A stretch of 64,000 bases of DNA from Camelus ferus (Eukaryota). The stretch covers positions 19,284,001 to 19,348,000 of the forward strand of contig NC_045696.1 in NCBI RefSeq assembly GCF_009834535.1, written 5' to 3'. The notes under the pieces are model-generated. The model did no database searches and was not told the DNA's origin. It saw nothing but the letters and a program-made list of their open reading frames with translations. Both the position numbers and the translations under genes were made by a program. Below, one piece after another: positions 25,540 to 39,404 of this stretch (the stretch's first letter is position 1; each line of letters opens with the position of its first letter).

Positions 25540-26765
25540 TGCTAAGATTTTTAGGACTGCTGGCTGTAGATCTCAACCAGATCACCAGAGTTGATCATGC
25601 AAAGTTGCATTTTTCATCCACTACTGCAAGGCATCCATTTGATAAACATCTTAGTGGTGTAGCTATGAGACAAAAAACAACAGGTTTTCAGTGTCTGGGG
25701 ATAGGGATTTTTAAGGTGAGACTTTCAACCTGGGAATCTGATTGGAATGAGCAAATTTCATGAAATAACTTCTTTTTAGGATTAAAGGACACAGTGAGAG
25801 TCTTGATAATTAGTGTGAATAAATACAAGGTTGTTTCAAAATCAAATGGTTTGCTCATCTGAACCAAGGGAGCTTTTTGTCCTGAAATAGGGGCTTTTGG
25901 CTCAGATGAGTTAATGAATGTCCCGAGAGAAAGAGGTTACTTGGGTAGGTTAGCCTTCAGATAAGTTGATTTCTGGAAAGTTCTGATGCAGATAATGGAT
26001 GTGGGATATGAGGAAGACCATGTCCCAGGTCTCGGTTGAGCCCCTGGGACGTGCCCCGCCAAGTATGGGTCCTTGGCTTTGTGCAGGAAAGAATTCAAAT
26101 GCAAGCCACAATTGAGAAAATGTAGATTTATTTAGAAAGGTACACATTGCATAGAGTGTAAGGCAAGAGAAAGGCAAGGAAGGAGGTGTGGGAGTTGGGT
26201 GCTCAGGATAAAGTAAAAGTAGGTGCACACTCCATAGACAGAGTTCGGGCTGTGTCTGAAGAGGAGGGAGTGAAAAAAGGACCCCCAAGCGTGGTGTTGC
26301 CAGTTTTTATGGGCTTGGTAGCTTCATGCGCCTGCATGTGGGATCATTCCGACTACCCTGGGGAAGTGGCTGAGATTCCCAGGAATTGGGCCACCGCCCA
26401 TTCTTTGGCCTTTTTGCAGTTAGCCTTGGGACTGTCATGGTGCCTGCAGGCATGTTATTTATCATGCTGTTACAGTGAAGCTCAAGGTCTACTAGCAGTC
26501 AGACCTCCCGCCATCTTAATCCTCAAGGCCAACTGGGAGTTGAATCTTGTACCATTTTGGTGTTAAATTGCTGTCATTCCTTGAATGGCTGTGCTCTGCC
26601 CCCTTCCCCCTGTCTCAGTTCCAGGAGTAAACAATGAAATTATTTACTGATTTATAGACTTGTCTTTCAGGGAAACAATTTCCTGGAACAAACAGTAAAC
26701 ATGTAGGCAGCTTTAATTCTTAGTTCTAGTAGTCATGCTGTGTGTCTGCAAGGAATATTAGTTCT
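25540..26765 (-). mobile_element. Old ERV1-type LTR (MER89/MER110-like) hosting a younger LTR at 25984-26617
   Basis: tttaggattaaaggacacagtgagagtcttgat... and aatttcctggaacaaacagtaaac; shares motifs with 38975-39400 (tttaggactaatggacacagtgagctgagggtcttgat, aatttcctgaataaaagtaaa). Confidence 0.55.
25984..26617 (-). mobile_element. ERV1 solo LTR (634 bp) with a perfect 4-bp TSD gttc
   Basis: TG...CA termini (tgatgc...gtctca); gttc at 25980-25983 and 26618-26621; AATAAA on the minus strand at 26127-26132; ggaaagaattcaa motif typical of MER4-group/LTR8-like ERV1 LTRs. Confidence 0.93.
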
Positions 26766-29029
26766 CTATATTGTTATTCCCCACACTTTCAAAAAAGGGA
26801 AAATTAAGCTTTTGAGAGGTTTTAGTAGATTTATCTCACATATTCTAAAATAAGACCAAAGGGAGACGGATAAGAAAAAAAAGAATGTTTTAATTACTGC
26901 TAGCAGAAAAATTATTCTGAATGTGAGACTGCATCTATTTGTTTGGCCATGAGTAGACATTTTACATACTACACACATTTAGGTGGTCATGAAAGAGGGG
27001 ACAGAAAAGCAAAGATTTGAGTTGGTGAGGGATGGTGGTAAGGTAAAATGAATGAACAATTCTCAGTTCTCGGAACCACGTGTTCTAAAGGTAAATAAAT
27101 GGGGAAGAAGTACAATCTGAGGATTGGGGTTTATCAATAAAATTGGTGATTTAGTCCCCATGCTTGCAACTTTTGCAACATAAGCTTTACAGAAAACATC
27201 TTAATTATATCACCCAAATTTATATGATTAGAATGTGGTAGAATGTATATTGGTATCCAACACTATCTTCTTTAAAAATCTATGCTTTTAGGCAGAGATC
27301 ATGTTGTCTTATAGATCGTTAAATCAAACACGCTCATGTATATATAGTAAATGCTTGATGTATATATTTACTAGATACTTGGTGAGTAAATAAATATGCT
27401 GTGACATCTCCAGCTTCATATATTGATGACTCTTTGCTATTTTAGTTGTTGTATTCGTCTATTACGTATATATGCATACATGTGCCAAGGAGGTAAATAT
27501 GCAACAGTTTATTCTACAGCGTGATATTTAGAAGACAGTGTAATCATAGATACATATTCTGATGATATATTCAGATGATATAAAATTACTTCCTCTTTCC
27601 AATCCTTTTGTCTAATAAAGAGAAATCAGAGAATTTTTTATTTTTCTTTAAAAAAGAGAAATGTGCAGTGAATGTCTGTTCTAATTATTCTTTATCCAAC
27701 TTTCTTTAAATGTTACTACTTATATACGTCAACTGAAACCTTGTATAGCCACAAACAAGAACGAAGTGCCATAGGGCAGGAGGAACTAACAGACATAACA
27801 CATTCATCTATTGGTTTGTTTTTTCGTTATATATTTATTAATGATTTCCATGTGCCAGATGCTGTTGAGAACAATATAATTTTGATTTCAGGACCCTTAT
27901 ATTGGCTTAATGTCAATAATATATGGTAGATAACATATTGCTCTAGTTGCTATAAAGAAAACTAATAAACATTTGTAAAGATACGTAGTCTTAGGAGTAG
28001 CCAAAAAATAAGGATTAAAAAATGGTTGGTTGTTAATTGCTTATGAAATCAACTTTACAACATTTAAATATGTTAATACATAATTCTGGTAAAATTAGCC
28101 CTCATGAGCACTGCTACTAACAAATTAAATAATTTGACAATAATGTTAAGATACCATTATATTCATAAAGCTTATAAGATTTTCTGTTTCAGTAAGCTTA
28201 TCTTTAATAAATTCTCAAATATGGATAAAATATATATAATAGATAAAATGAGTCATATTACAATGATATATAAATAGACATGCTATGACTTCATATATAT
28301 GTATATGTACAGATGCTTACATTATGTATGTGTATATGTATGTACACATGCATACATATATAATCTGTCTTCTATTAATAAGTCTGGAAAATACTCTTTA
28401 GCTTTGAGCATTAACATTTAAAAAATAGGAAAAAATTTTAAAATCTTTTTATGTTTTCTTCATTGAGAATATTGGAATTGTTTGTACTTTTACAACAAGC
28501 ATATATTGCTTCATAATAAAAAATAAAATTAAATATTATCATTGAGCAAAGTTCTTATTTAGCAAAAGTATCCTTAGAAAGATGTTCGAAAAACACTAAA
28601 GTAAGTATCAGTAGACCTAGTTCCAACACTAGAACAAGTATTATACACAGCTAATTTTTAAATTAAATGATCTTAAATAAATCACTGCTTTTGAAGTAAA
28701 AGGCATGTATTATTCCAGACAAGTTCTTCATGTGTAAAATGAGGCATTTATTTATTTTTATTATAAATGCCCCTTCCAGTTTTAACGTCTTCTGATTCTA
28801 AATAATAATCAATCAGATATCCATGAGAGAAAAATACAAAGCGTAGGGAGGATGAAAAATAATCTGATACATTATAGCCACTAATTAAAGTTTACATGCA
28901 AAAGCAAGGATGCTCAGATTAAAAAGTATGCCTTCATTTTTCTCCATGATTTTTTACAAGATATTTTGGCTGTGTCTGCAGATTTCAATTCATGTGACAG
29001 ATAGGAAAAAGAGTGTCTCAGGAGAGGGA

Positions 29030-29240
29030 TCCCAACTTAAATTCTCAAATAATTTTTCTTAAACCCAGATCTTTGGAAAACTAGAAAAAGAATAATTAGG
29101 AGAAGTTTCTTAAATATGCAGAACTCGGGACTACACCTAAGATCTATTGAATTGGAAACTTGTAGTGGATCCCAATGATTGTCATTTTTGATACCTTGCT
29201 CCTGTAATTCTTATAATTGATAACATCAGAGAACCACCTA
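29030..29240. mobile_element. MER5-type hAT-Charlie element, degraded
   Basis: ttcttaaatatgcagaactcgggactacacctaagatctattgaattggaaact...gtaattcttat...gagaaccac. Confidence 0.6.
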
Positions 29241-30991
29241 GAATTAGAATTAGGAAAAATGGCAACCAGTAATAAGTACAAAATAGAGGTAACGGGTTAA
29301 TTGCATAGTCCATCACATATCTGAGTTGATTTTTTTTTAATAAACCTGGCATGAGTCTTCTATATCTGGATGACCACTGGTTCCAAGTTATAGGAATTTG
29401 AATTAATAACCTTAGAAAGATGCAGCAGTAATACGATTGGAGTGAAGTTAATGAGAGATTTCCAGGGTAATACAGAGCCAGATTTTAGGCAGTGTTAGCA
29501 CTTCAGTGGTACAACAGTGAGTTCAGGTAGTTCAAAGGGACCATAAGGAAACTTCACAAGTTACAATCATTCCCACAGCAACTGATACAAAGCTTTTAAA
29601 GATGGTGCAATTATACTGACTTTCTGCTTACTGACTGGGAGGGAGCATGATTGCCCCACCACATTTCAAGAGAAGGTATTAAAAGACAAGGTGGATATTT
29701 CCAAATGCTCCACAATGCCAGGTGAAGGGATGACTTACTATCTCCTTAAGCAGAAATGACGGAAGTATAAATGCAAAACATAAAACTTACAACAACTTTT
29801 GCTCAGTTGCCATTAAAGCAAACTATTCCAAAGGATTTCATGTCAATAAACACAGTCAACAATCTGAAGAGATACAAGTGAGTTAGATAATGGTATTTGG
29901 GGGGGGGGGGGAATTCTGAGAAGAATATGGTTATTAGATTCTTTCATGGGAGCAATACATTTAGAATATGTTTTTGGTAGGGTCACTTTATTTGTTTCCC
30001 AAATGCTTCAAGTGTCATTTAAAATAGTGACTGTAACTTTAGCAAGGTCAAAAACTTGAAAATATGGTGAAAGTTTTGGACTTCTCACAAGCAAATCACA
30101 TATATACAGAAAATGTCCATGTTCTCCAGAACCTTTTGGAATCTATTCATGGATACCTAATTTTTACTTTAAAGGATGTTTCTGTGAATATAGTCTTACA
30201 AAGTAACAAATATAAATTGATCTTATTAAAGATTCCACTTTTCCAAGTTGGAAGAGTAAAAGATACTTCATGATGTTTTTAGCTGTCAATCACACCACAG
30301 CATCGGGTAGGTTGATCTGTAGATTAGTCATTTAATTTTGTCTGTCAAAATGGAAAATATGTGGGTAGTCACTTGAAAGTTCAAGCAAATTTAAATGAAT
30401 TAAAGGTTCAAATAAGTAATTACTGTCATAGGATAAAAGGTTACTTAGGACTAAACCTGACCACTCCATCTATTTTATAGTCTCCAGTCAAAGTTAGCTG
30501 GCTATATATCATTGCCACTCTTTTAGAAAAGCTGACACAGGCATTAGAATGCTGACATTGAAACTAATTTTACAAGATATTTTGAATGAAACTAAGTATG
30601 AGACCTGAGGTCTAAAGATATCCTATTCTTGTTTAATTCTAAGGAGGAATCTCTGACAGGTTAAGTGCTGTAAATCTCTTACAGACATTGTCATGAGTGC
30701 CTTCAAATGCCACTCAATGTCCCCAAGATGCTGTCAAGAAAGAAAGATCAATTATGGGTAAACATAAAGGAGAAGTAGCAAGGAAATCAAATTTTTCAAA
30801 GAACTGTAATGCTGATTTGAATTTCATAAAATATTAGTCAAAATCCTCAAAGACAGAATTAGTAGTACTTGAGGTCAATTATGAACTCTAAAACTTTGAC
30901 AGCAAATATTAGAAATGAAAATAATAATTTACATTAAGGAAAAGTATAAATAAATTATATTAAACCTGCATAATGAAATGCAATGAATAAA

Positions 30992-31190
30992 AATAATAAT
31001 AGTTTTTTGAGCATCTACTATGTCCTATATATTATTTACCAAGTTTAATTATCCCCCAAATTGGACAAGGTTGTGTCTCATATTTTCTTATGGTCAAACT
31101 AAGGAACAGCATAAGTTAAGTAAGCCTGAGGGTCACATAAACAGAATGTGTCACCGTCCAGATTCAAAGCCAGATCTTGCTGGTTCCAAA
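30992..31190 (-). mobile_element. MIR SINE
   Basis: aataataatagttttttgagcatctactatgt...aaactaaggaacagcataagttaagtaagcctgagggtcaca...gattcaaagccagatct. Confidence 0.75.
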
Positions 31191-31242
31191 TTAAATGGAG
31201 ATTTAGTAATCAATGCTGTTACTAAATTAACCTGAATGACAT

Positions 31243-31627
31243 TTATATCAATTAATCTTTGCTACATCACAGTCTCATGCACCCTTTTAAAAAATTAGTG
31301 GCTCAAAACATTTTTCCCCCTTGAGTCTATTGTTGGGCCCGGTGGTTTGCTTGGTCCAGGCCGGGTGGATCTAGGGCGGCTTTACTCTCATGTCTGAGGC
31401 GTTGACTGGGCCTTGTTCACAGAGCGACAAAAGGCTCCCCAGGGAGAAGAGTGGACAAACCCCAGTGGGCAAGTGCTCTCCAAGCTTTGGGTTACTTTAT
31501 CTTTGCTTCCATTGCCAAAGCAAGTCACATAGCCAAGCCCGGGTCCAAATGGTGAAGAAAGAGACTCCATCTCTTGATGAGAAGTGATGCAAAATACTGT
31601 AGACTTTAAAAAAAAAATTAATCCACA
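31243..31627 (-). mobile_element. MaLR LTR (MLT1H-like)
   Basis: aaaattagtggctcaaaaca...ccattgccaaagcaagtcacatagccaagcccgggtccaaatggtgaagaaagagactccatctcttgatgagaag. Confidence 0.8.
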
Positions 31628-33786
31628 TAAGAATCATTTAGTTATTTTTTGCCCGATTTTATAACCAGAAAAATGTGAAGATAATCACCAAATGTTCAGC
31701 TCTGCCTAGATTTAGATTCAAATTTTCTTTGTTTAAAATAGAAGAAATCACATATTTAACATCATGAATATCTTATTTGACATATGTTTGAGTTTCACAG
31801 TATTTAACTGGCATTTAAATATATTATTTAGTCCTCATGGCAATCATGTGAAAAGTAAGAATAATGGAAAATTACTTTCCCTATTGAACAAAAGAAAAAT
31901 CTAGGAAATACTGAGTTTTAATGAACTACTTAAAGTCAAGGCAATTTTGTAGCAGGTGAGGGACTGGAACGAGTGATTGATTTTCCTTCCAGTTCTGTGC
32001 CGAATACAGTACTCTGGAAGAAACTGAACTGATCCTATGACTATATTTAATTTTTTTAAAGATGTTTAAAAGTAAAGCAAAACAAAACAAAAACAGAGTT
32101 GTAACCTATCAAGAAAAAAACCTACAAAACTGAGAGATCTTTTAAGCCATTCCACTAAGCGTGGCCCCATTGCTGACCACAGGGAGCTTTTTCTAAATCA
32201 GCTAGCTTGTTAGGGACAAGACAGCTGCACCCTTGCATTCAGTAGGGATGACTGTATACCTCTGCAGTAAGAGGAGCCATGCAAACCTGAACTGATCTCT
32301 TGTTAATTAAAGTAAAAAGAAAGAAAGAAGATAAGAATGACTGCTACTACCAACTGAGACAGTGAGAACTGACAAGATTTAGTTGGTAAGCTCCAAATCA
32401 TAATTTTCATTTTTAAAAAATATTCTGTGATCCTATCGATGTAACTTGCATTTGTGTTACAGAACACTCTTACAGGAGAAACTAACCTGTTGATAGTTAT
32501 TAAGACAGACAATAATTTTTCAAATCACTAGTAAATGAATTCATAAATAAATTGAACTTCATGATTGAATCTTCATGCTGCATGGTCTTTTACAAAAAGT
32601 ATCTTTGACTAAAATGTCTATATCTGGGTTTCAACAAGCAAAAGCAAATGACAGCACTAGCCAAATCATCTGTGAATATTTTGATTTTAATTAGCTTTAC
32701 TTAGACTGTTAGTGGCCCAGGAATTCTTTATCAGGTTTATTAACAACGCATTTCAATAATGCTCATTTGCTTTTAATTGCATTTTCATCTATAGTTTAGT
32801 AAATCTCTGTTATATGCAATACCCTTGTATGTGCATAACTACATATATAATTCTGCATAATCAACACTGAAGCCATCTTACAATCAAAATGTTTAAGAGC
32901 GTTACATTAAAACTCATCACATCCTCAGATTCACACTTACTATTAGAAAAGCTTTTTCATTTACCTGTGTTCTGGGATGGTTAATGTGAAAGAGTAACTA
33001 GAATCATGGCAATATTTCTGTAGAAATGAATTAGCAATGAAGTTAGCAGGTACTTACAAAAAAAGTATGTCAAATCCAGAGACCTTTGTCATTTTTTTAT
33101 GCTACCCACAAACACTGCAATTGTTTTGTTTCATTTACATGTTCAGTGCCTACGTCCTATATCTCCCTCCTGATGAACTTGTTTAAAGTCACATCAGTAG
33201 GCTGGATTGAAAGATCACTTAAGTAATATTCCTCAATGATGCGCTCAAAATGCACCATCAGCCTGTATGAGCAGCCTCCACCCTGATTCACCCTGATGCC
33301 ATCTTCTGGGTTGGGAATTGGGAGGAAGAAGGGGGGATTCCTTCCAAGTTCAATATGCTGCCCAGGGTGTTAAGAGAAAGTCCTTGTCGTCTGTGTCTTC
33401 CTGGGATTCCAGGCTTTAAGGCTGACTGTCAGTCTCAACATGTGTAGTCATGTGTTTCCCACTAGTTTCATCAACCACTCAAGCAAACTGATGATTTTAG
33501 TTGACGAAGACCTATGTAGAAATGCCTGAAATCACAGAAATCCTGTAAACTGAGCTTCTTCTGGAGTTCTTACCATGAGTTATCCACAGAAAATATACTT
33601 TGGGCTAAGTACTTCAAGTATTTTATTTAAGGAGATATTTAATTTGCATTTATTTATACAGTGCACATAAAAACAACCCGAAAGACCTTTTAAAGACACA
33701 TTTCTGCTGAAGGTCAAAGGTGGGTGAGACAGTGTTTGAATGTGAAATACAAAATGCATGCAAGTTTTGAATAACATTGACAGAAT

Positions 33787-34050
33787 AGCTGGTTAATTAA
33801 GTAAGTGACACCTTGGCACTACTGCAGCTAAGTTCATGGGTCCAGTTCTCGTATGGGTCAATTAGCATCACTCTATCCTGTCCTCTGACTGCAACACTAA
33901 CTTCAACCAGACAGTTTGTGAATACGTGTTCATAGCTCCTCGGACGCTGGGCCAGATAATACAAATGATTTCACACCAACCACGCATCCTGCAGGGGGAA
34001 ATAGTTCAAAGCCTTTGATCTACTAACAGAGGGTATTCTGCTGTATTTTC
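33787..34050 (+). mobile_element. MamSINE1-like ancient tRNA-derived SINE
   Basis: Degenerate tRNA head (agctggttaattaag...aagttcatgggtccagttctcgtatgggtcaattagc), then gactgcaacactaacttcaaccagacagtttgtgaatacgtg...ttcaaagc, matching the recalled MamSINE1 body. Confidence 0.7.
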
Positions 34051-34241
34051 ATATGGGGCACTCATGCTAGGAATATTAGCTTATAGATACTGTAGTTACT
34101 ACATTTACAGAGAAGCTTAATTGGCATTCCACCAATTAATGCAAGTTGAGAGCAAGAAAACATTGATAATGACAAAATAATTTTATCAAAATGTCTCTTT
34201 TAAGCTAAAATTTATATTAATTGTTATATTGAGCTTGGATG

Positions 34242-34242
<1 letters not shown>

Positions 34243-34286
<44 letters not shown>
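34243..34286 (+). repeat. (AC)22 perfect microsatellite
   Basis: Direct count. Confidence 0.98.
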
Positions 34287-34291
<5 letters not shown>

Positions 34292-35554
34292 CGAGGACTA
34301 TATTAAACCTAACTGAGAAGAATTCAGTATTCTGTGAGATTGGATAAATGGCCAAAACTGATCTCTAGTTTAGCAGTGGAATTAAATCACAGAGATGACC
34401 TGATTTAGTCCTTATTTAATATAAGAATAGGAAGGAAAATCAGGTATCTTGAAAGCTAAATCTCCCACCACTTGAAGAAACTGCCCACATAAATTAAACA
34501 AGATGAGTGTATTAAAATCTGTATGTCAATAACATTACAACCTCACTGCACCTTGGAAAATATGTTCACTATTCACATCACTGAGAAATGAACATCAGGC
34601 GTTCATTGGGAAAATTAAAATGAATCTTACTCTGCTACATTTCTAAGAATAAAGTAGTTTTCTCTAACTAGAGAAATGCCAAAAGTTAATCAAATTTGCA
34701 AAGCTGAAAATGGCAACATTGTATAATATTATAGAGACATTTGTTCCACATTATGCAGCAGAAGCTTAACTTTCACACAGGTGTGGCATGTATGAGTGTT
34801 AAGTCCTCCAGAGTAGATTTGCAAGGAAACTAACAATGCTGTTGATGAACAAGGATTGGGTAGAAGGGAAGAGTAAATGTGTGAAACACAATACTGGTTA
34901 ATACCTCAAAACACTGTCCCATAACACATGGTGTCTTTTGAGAAGTGATTTATACCATGAATCATATTTTAAAGTAGATTAACTCATTCCACTAGAGATA
35001 TAAACCAAAAGATAATATGTCATTTAAAATAGCTGAAAAAGAATACCAAAAGTATGCATTAAATATAAATGTAAAATTTTTAAAGTCACATGCTTCTGTA
35101 CAAGGGGGAAGAGAAGGGGAGCAAATGAGTGTCGCATTAGCACGGGCACCTGCAGGAGTGCGATTTAGGGCCTTTACCATGGGCTCACATTCTCATGCTT
35201 AAGATAAAAAAGAATGGGGAACTATTTAAATGAATCATGTGATGTGGCAAAAAACAGGTCAGTCATACTTCAAAGCTGGACAAACAAACTTGAGATTCAT
35301 GAGACTAAGATGATCTTTTATTTTTCTGTATGTGTGTGTTTGTGTATTAGAACGTGGTTCTGCGACTATTACCCAGGATGGAATTTAAACTTTCACTAAT
35401 TTTACTACTTTTAACCCTTGCTAGTCAAATTTTTAACTCAAGAAGAATTAGCTGTGTTTAGTGGTCTGTTGAGAGGCAGGGCAGATTTGTATTAAGGAGA
35501 AAATAGAAATTCCAGACAAAGAGAGAGATGAAATACCCAACTTAGAAAGCATCT

Positions 35555-36770
35555 TCATTGGTTCAGCATTTATCTCTCGAGGTTCTGCTCCAAGGCCAGC
35601 ACTAATTCCAGGAGCTGAATATTATTAGTTAGGTCAAGTCCCTGCTCTGGTAGAACTCACATTCAAGTGGTCTGAGGCAGGCAATGAACAGAAGATAAGA
35701 CAATAGAACATTGGCTGATGATAGTTTAGTAGAGAACAAAAATAAAATAGCACAGAAAGAAAGGGAATGTGAGAATGGAGAGGAAAAGTGCACTAACTGT
35801 TTAATAGGGGTAGTGAGAGAAAGCTTTTCTAATAAGGTAAAAATTGAGCATGGAAGAGGTGTCAATGTAGTGTGTGTGCAAGTTCATTAAGGCTGAGCAA
35901 AGCACGTGCAAAGATCCTGTGGCAGGAACAAGTTTGGCGTGTTTGCAGAAAAGCAGAGGCCAGCCATTGTGGGTACGGGGAAGCGAAAAGAGGGGGCCGG
36001 CTTGCATCTGCTCTCATGGGACCTAGAATACAAAGGAGGCTCAGGATTCCATGTCTAAATATGTAGATGTATACATCAGTCTAGCCAACTCCTATATAAA
36101 ATGCATTCTAACTTCCTGTATTGACGAATTTACTTTCTCAGCAACTGAGAAGGCTACCTGAATTTAGAATTCTTGGGCTCCTTAGTGTTATCACAGAAAT
36201 CCAGTGACACAGAGGGAGCCTGCTAGGAGACCAGTTAGGATCTACTGCAATAATCCATTTGAGATAACGGTGTTGTAGGCCTCGATGATACTAATGGGCA
36301 GTAAGACATAAGATTCTGGATGTGCCTTAAAGGTAGATTAGATAGGATTTGCTGATGGACAAGATATGTGACCTGAGATGAAAAGAAAGGCCTTGGATGG
36401 ATGCAACATGTTTAACATAAGGAATTGGGAAAATAAAATTGCCACACTGCCCCCCTCCCTTTTTATAGCATGGAGATTAGAAGGGGTCTGGACACACTAA
36501 TTTTTAGATGCCTCTTAGACATCCAAGTGGATATTACAAATAGGCTTCCAGATATATTAGTTGGGAGTTCAAGGGAAAGTTCAGGGTTAGAGTTAAGCAT
36601 TTGGGAGTGCTCAGTAAACAGGTGGTATTTAAATCTGGGGTCCTCACCCTGTGAGCAGGTGGGTGACCTTCGTAGTCAGGGTGTATAGATGTTCTCTTCA
36701 GATCATCAATTCTCTCAGCAAAATAGGAAGCAAGATCATTTTCTGTGAGTAAGAATGATGGGGACACTTT
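35555..36770 (-). mobile_element. L2a LINE fragments
   Basis: gtccctgctctggtagaactcacattc...gcaaagatcctgtggcaggaacaagtttggcgtgttt...ggagaccagttaggatctactgcaataatcca...gatgcctcttagacatccaagtgga; minus-strand DLASYFAERI resembles L2 ORF2. Confidence 0.85.
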
Positions 36771-38397
36771 GGGAAGTTTACGAAGAGGGGGCAAACTATG
36801 AAAATCATCCAAAAGCATGGAACAGAGAATGGAGTAGGGAAATGTAGAATTCCCACACAGCATTAGGGGCTGATATCTACAAATGAATGCATCTCTCTAA
36901 GGACAGAGGCTCTCTTAGGTACCCACAATATTGGTAGGTTATCTAGCACGTAATATTTACCAAGATTTTTTAATAAAAATTGAATGAAAATAAATTCTGT
37001 ATCATTATGAACATATCCCTGACCTAGTATATGTCTCAATCTTGTCTATGAATCTATCACAGGGAGAAGAACTTGACATTAGATTCCTTGTTTCCTCTTC
37101 AACTAATGTCGGGGGCTTAGATTAAGAGCCCTGGTGTTTGACAACGTTTCACCCCCTTTTACATTATTTTGTTGTGTGTGTTGCTGCCCATTCTCAGAGA
37201 GGGATCTCCAAACTTACAGTGATGGAGGATGTCTTTGCTTGAATCATCTCCATGGAAGTCAACCGAGGTGATTCTAGGAAACACAGCTCAGCAATTTGTC
37301 AAGCGTTTCCTTCCAGAGGCTTCTTCTTGTGTTTGCACCTGGGGGGGGGGGTCTCAAAACCTCCAGCCCTTTCCATCAGTCTTCTTTCTCTTCCTTCTTT
37401 AAAATATTCTCCTTTCCAAACCTCCTTGAACATTAAAATGCCCCTCTTCTGTAGACTATTTCAGTTGAGAGACAGCAAAAAGAATCAAGAAAGGCTGCTG
37501 TCTTTCTGTCTCCATTTCTCTTGCTCCTCCCTCATTTCACCTGGAGCACTCATTTTATGGAACCAGAAACCTAACAGCAGCTTACGTAGGGGTCAGGGTA
37601 TAATAATTATCCTTCATTTGTACCCCCGGGCTTTTTTTTTTTTTTTTTTTTTTTGGAGCACCCCTGGTGATGGCTAGCTCATGACAATTGAATCAAATTG
37701 AATTGTAATTTTAAATGTCACCCTGAACCTAATTTAATGTAGTAATTAAAATGACTTATAGCTCAATCATTTTTCACTGTTCAATTTAGATACCCTCCCT
37801 CGTTCTTGCTTTTCCTGAATGCCTCGCACACTGCACTGTGCTTAGCAGTGAGGAGGACAACATTGAGAAGTATCATATGAGATTCTTTCCTTGGGACATT
37901 TACAATGTTAATAGGGAGACAAGAAATGTATGCTTAAGATTTTTTTTTTTAAATCACTGTCAAATTTCTGTATCATAATAAAGTCCAGAGAATTACATTT
38001 TTGCTGTAGATGAATTTTAGTTTAAATAGTGTCAGTTAAATGATGTCAGATGATGGAAATGCATTCACATGGAAAAGTCCCGCAGGCAGTTGAAAATGCT
38101 GGGCTGATGTTTAGAGAGTGGTGACAATGAAAGATAAAGATGAATTATTCTATTTCATAGAAGTGGGTGGATTTTTTTAAAGTCCATCTAAATACAGAAA
38201 GGAAAAAAAAAAAACAGTAGAGGATTGGGATGACTGAACATATTTGAAAGCTTTGACTAAAGCTATGGGTTAGAGCCTGATTGTGTATCTTTCACCGTGG
38301 ACTATGGGACAAACCACTTGTCTTCTCTGAGACCCATTTCATCCTTAAGTGGTAAAATGATACATAAACATGTGCAGTGCATAAAATAGATGAAAGT

Positions 38398-39400
38398 TGT
38401 CAAGCTATAAAACAAGTCTTAACTGCTGATACTGTTCGGTAGTTATATAAGTCGGGGCACCGGGCAGATAGGTGGAGGAGAGCGAGGGTTGTCTGGAGAT
38501 GGCATTATGTCCACCTCCAGCATAAAGGGACTTTACTTCTTCTAAATGAGTGCCAGCAAAAAACTGGTTAGAACCCGACAGCAAAAACTGCTCAGTAGCA
38601 AGAAGGACTTAACCGGACACGACCCAGTGCTCATTGTAATATAATTAACATTGGGGTTTGCTGCCCCCATCCCAGAGTTTTCCTGTGTACACTATGGGTA
38701 AACACATGTGCAAAGGGGCCAAACACGACTAAGCACTCCAGGTACAAGAGCCATCACTCAAAGACCAGTCTAAGCAAGGGTATAAGAGAAAGGGCAGACA
38801 GAGACCACTGCTTTTCCCCCTTGGATCAGCCCACCTCCCACTCTTGGAGGTGTACTTTTCCTAAATACATTCTTTAAAATGTTTCACGTTATACAACACT
38901 CTCCATCTCCTGTCTGTAATCTTATCTTTCAGGTATGTCAAGAACTGGGGTCTTTTCCTTTTGGGGTAACAATACCATCAAAAGACCAAGAGAATAATCT
39001 TTTAATCAAGCAAAGAGAAGTTTACTGGCCCTACTACAACAAGAGAGTCTTAACAGGGTCTTTGCAGTGTCTCAGAGAAGGCTACTCAGGATTTTGGGGT
39101 CTGAGATAAGCAGGTTATTTCACATCTTTCAAAGAGGGAAAACTGGGTTTGGGCAAAGACTGTGACATAATAATTTAGGACTAATGGACACAGTGAGCTG
39201 AGGGTCTTGATGGGTAAAATCTTGTTTAATAAGCAAGATGTTTGTCCAGGTTAACAATCTACAGTCTGATGGAAGACTTACCAGCCCAACAGAGCTAACT
39301 GCTTGGGGAAAAAAATAGCTTGTAAGAATTTCCTGAATAAAAGTAAAATTGTTTATTGCTTATTTTCCTGGATAAAAATTTCTGGACCATATAGGTATGT
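38398..39400 (-). mobile_element. Old ERV1-type LTR (MER89/MER110-like) hosting a younger LTR at 38433-38971
   Basis: Removing the insert gives a continuous aactgctgataccatcaaaagaccaagagaat...caagcaaagagaagtttact, homologous to 25100-25165. Confidence 0.55.
38433..38971 (+). mobile_element. ERV1-type solo LTR (539 bp) with a perfect 4-bp TSD atac
   Basis: tgtt...aaca termini; atac at 38429-38432 and 38972-38975; TATA-like gtataaga at ~38781; many retained CpGs. Confidence 0.9.
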
Positions 39401-39404
39401 CATG

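Noticed and set aside
25950..26566. 112-aa and 126-aa ORFs
   Set aside because: Inside the ERV1 LTR, with no gag/pol/env motifs
29899..29911. G13 homopolymer
   Set aside because: Isolated homopolymer with no associated structure
37252..37677. 141-aa ORF
   Set aside because: No recognisable domain; it crosses poly-G and poly-T homopolymers, unlikely in a real CDS
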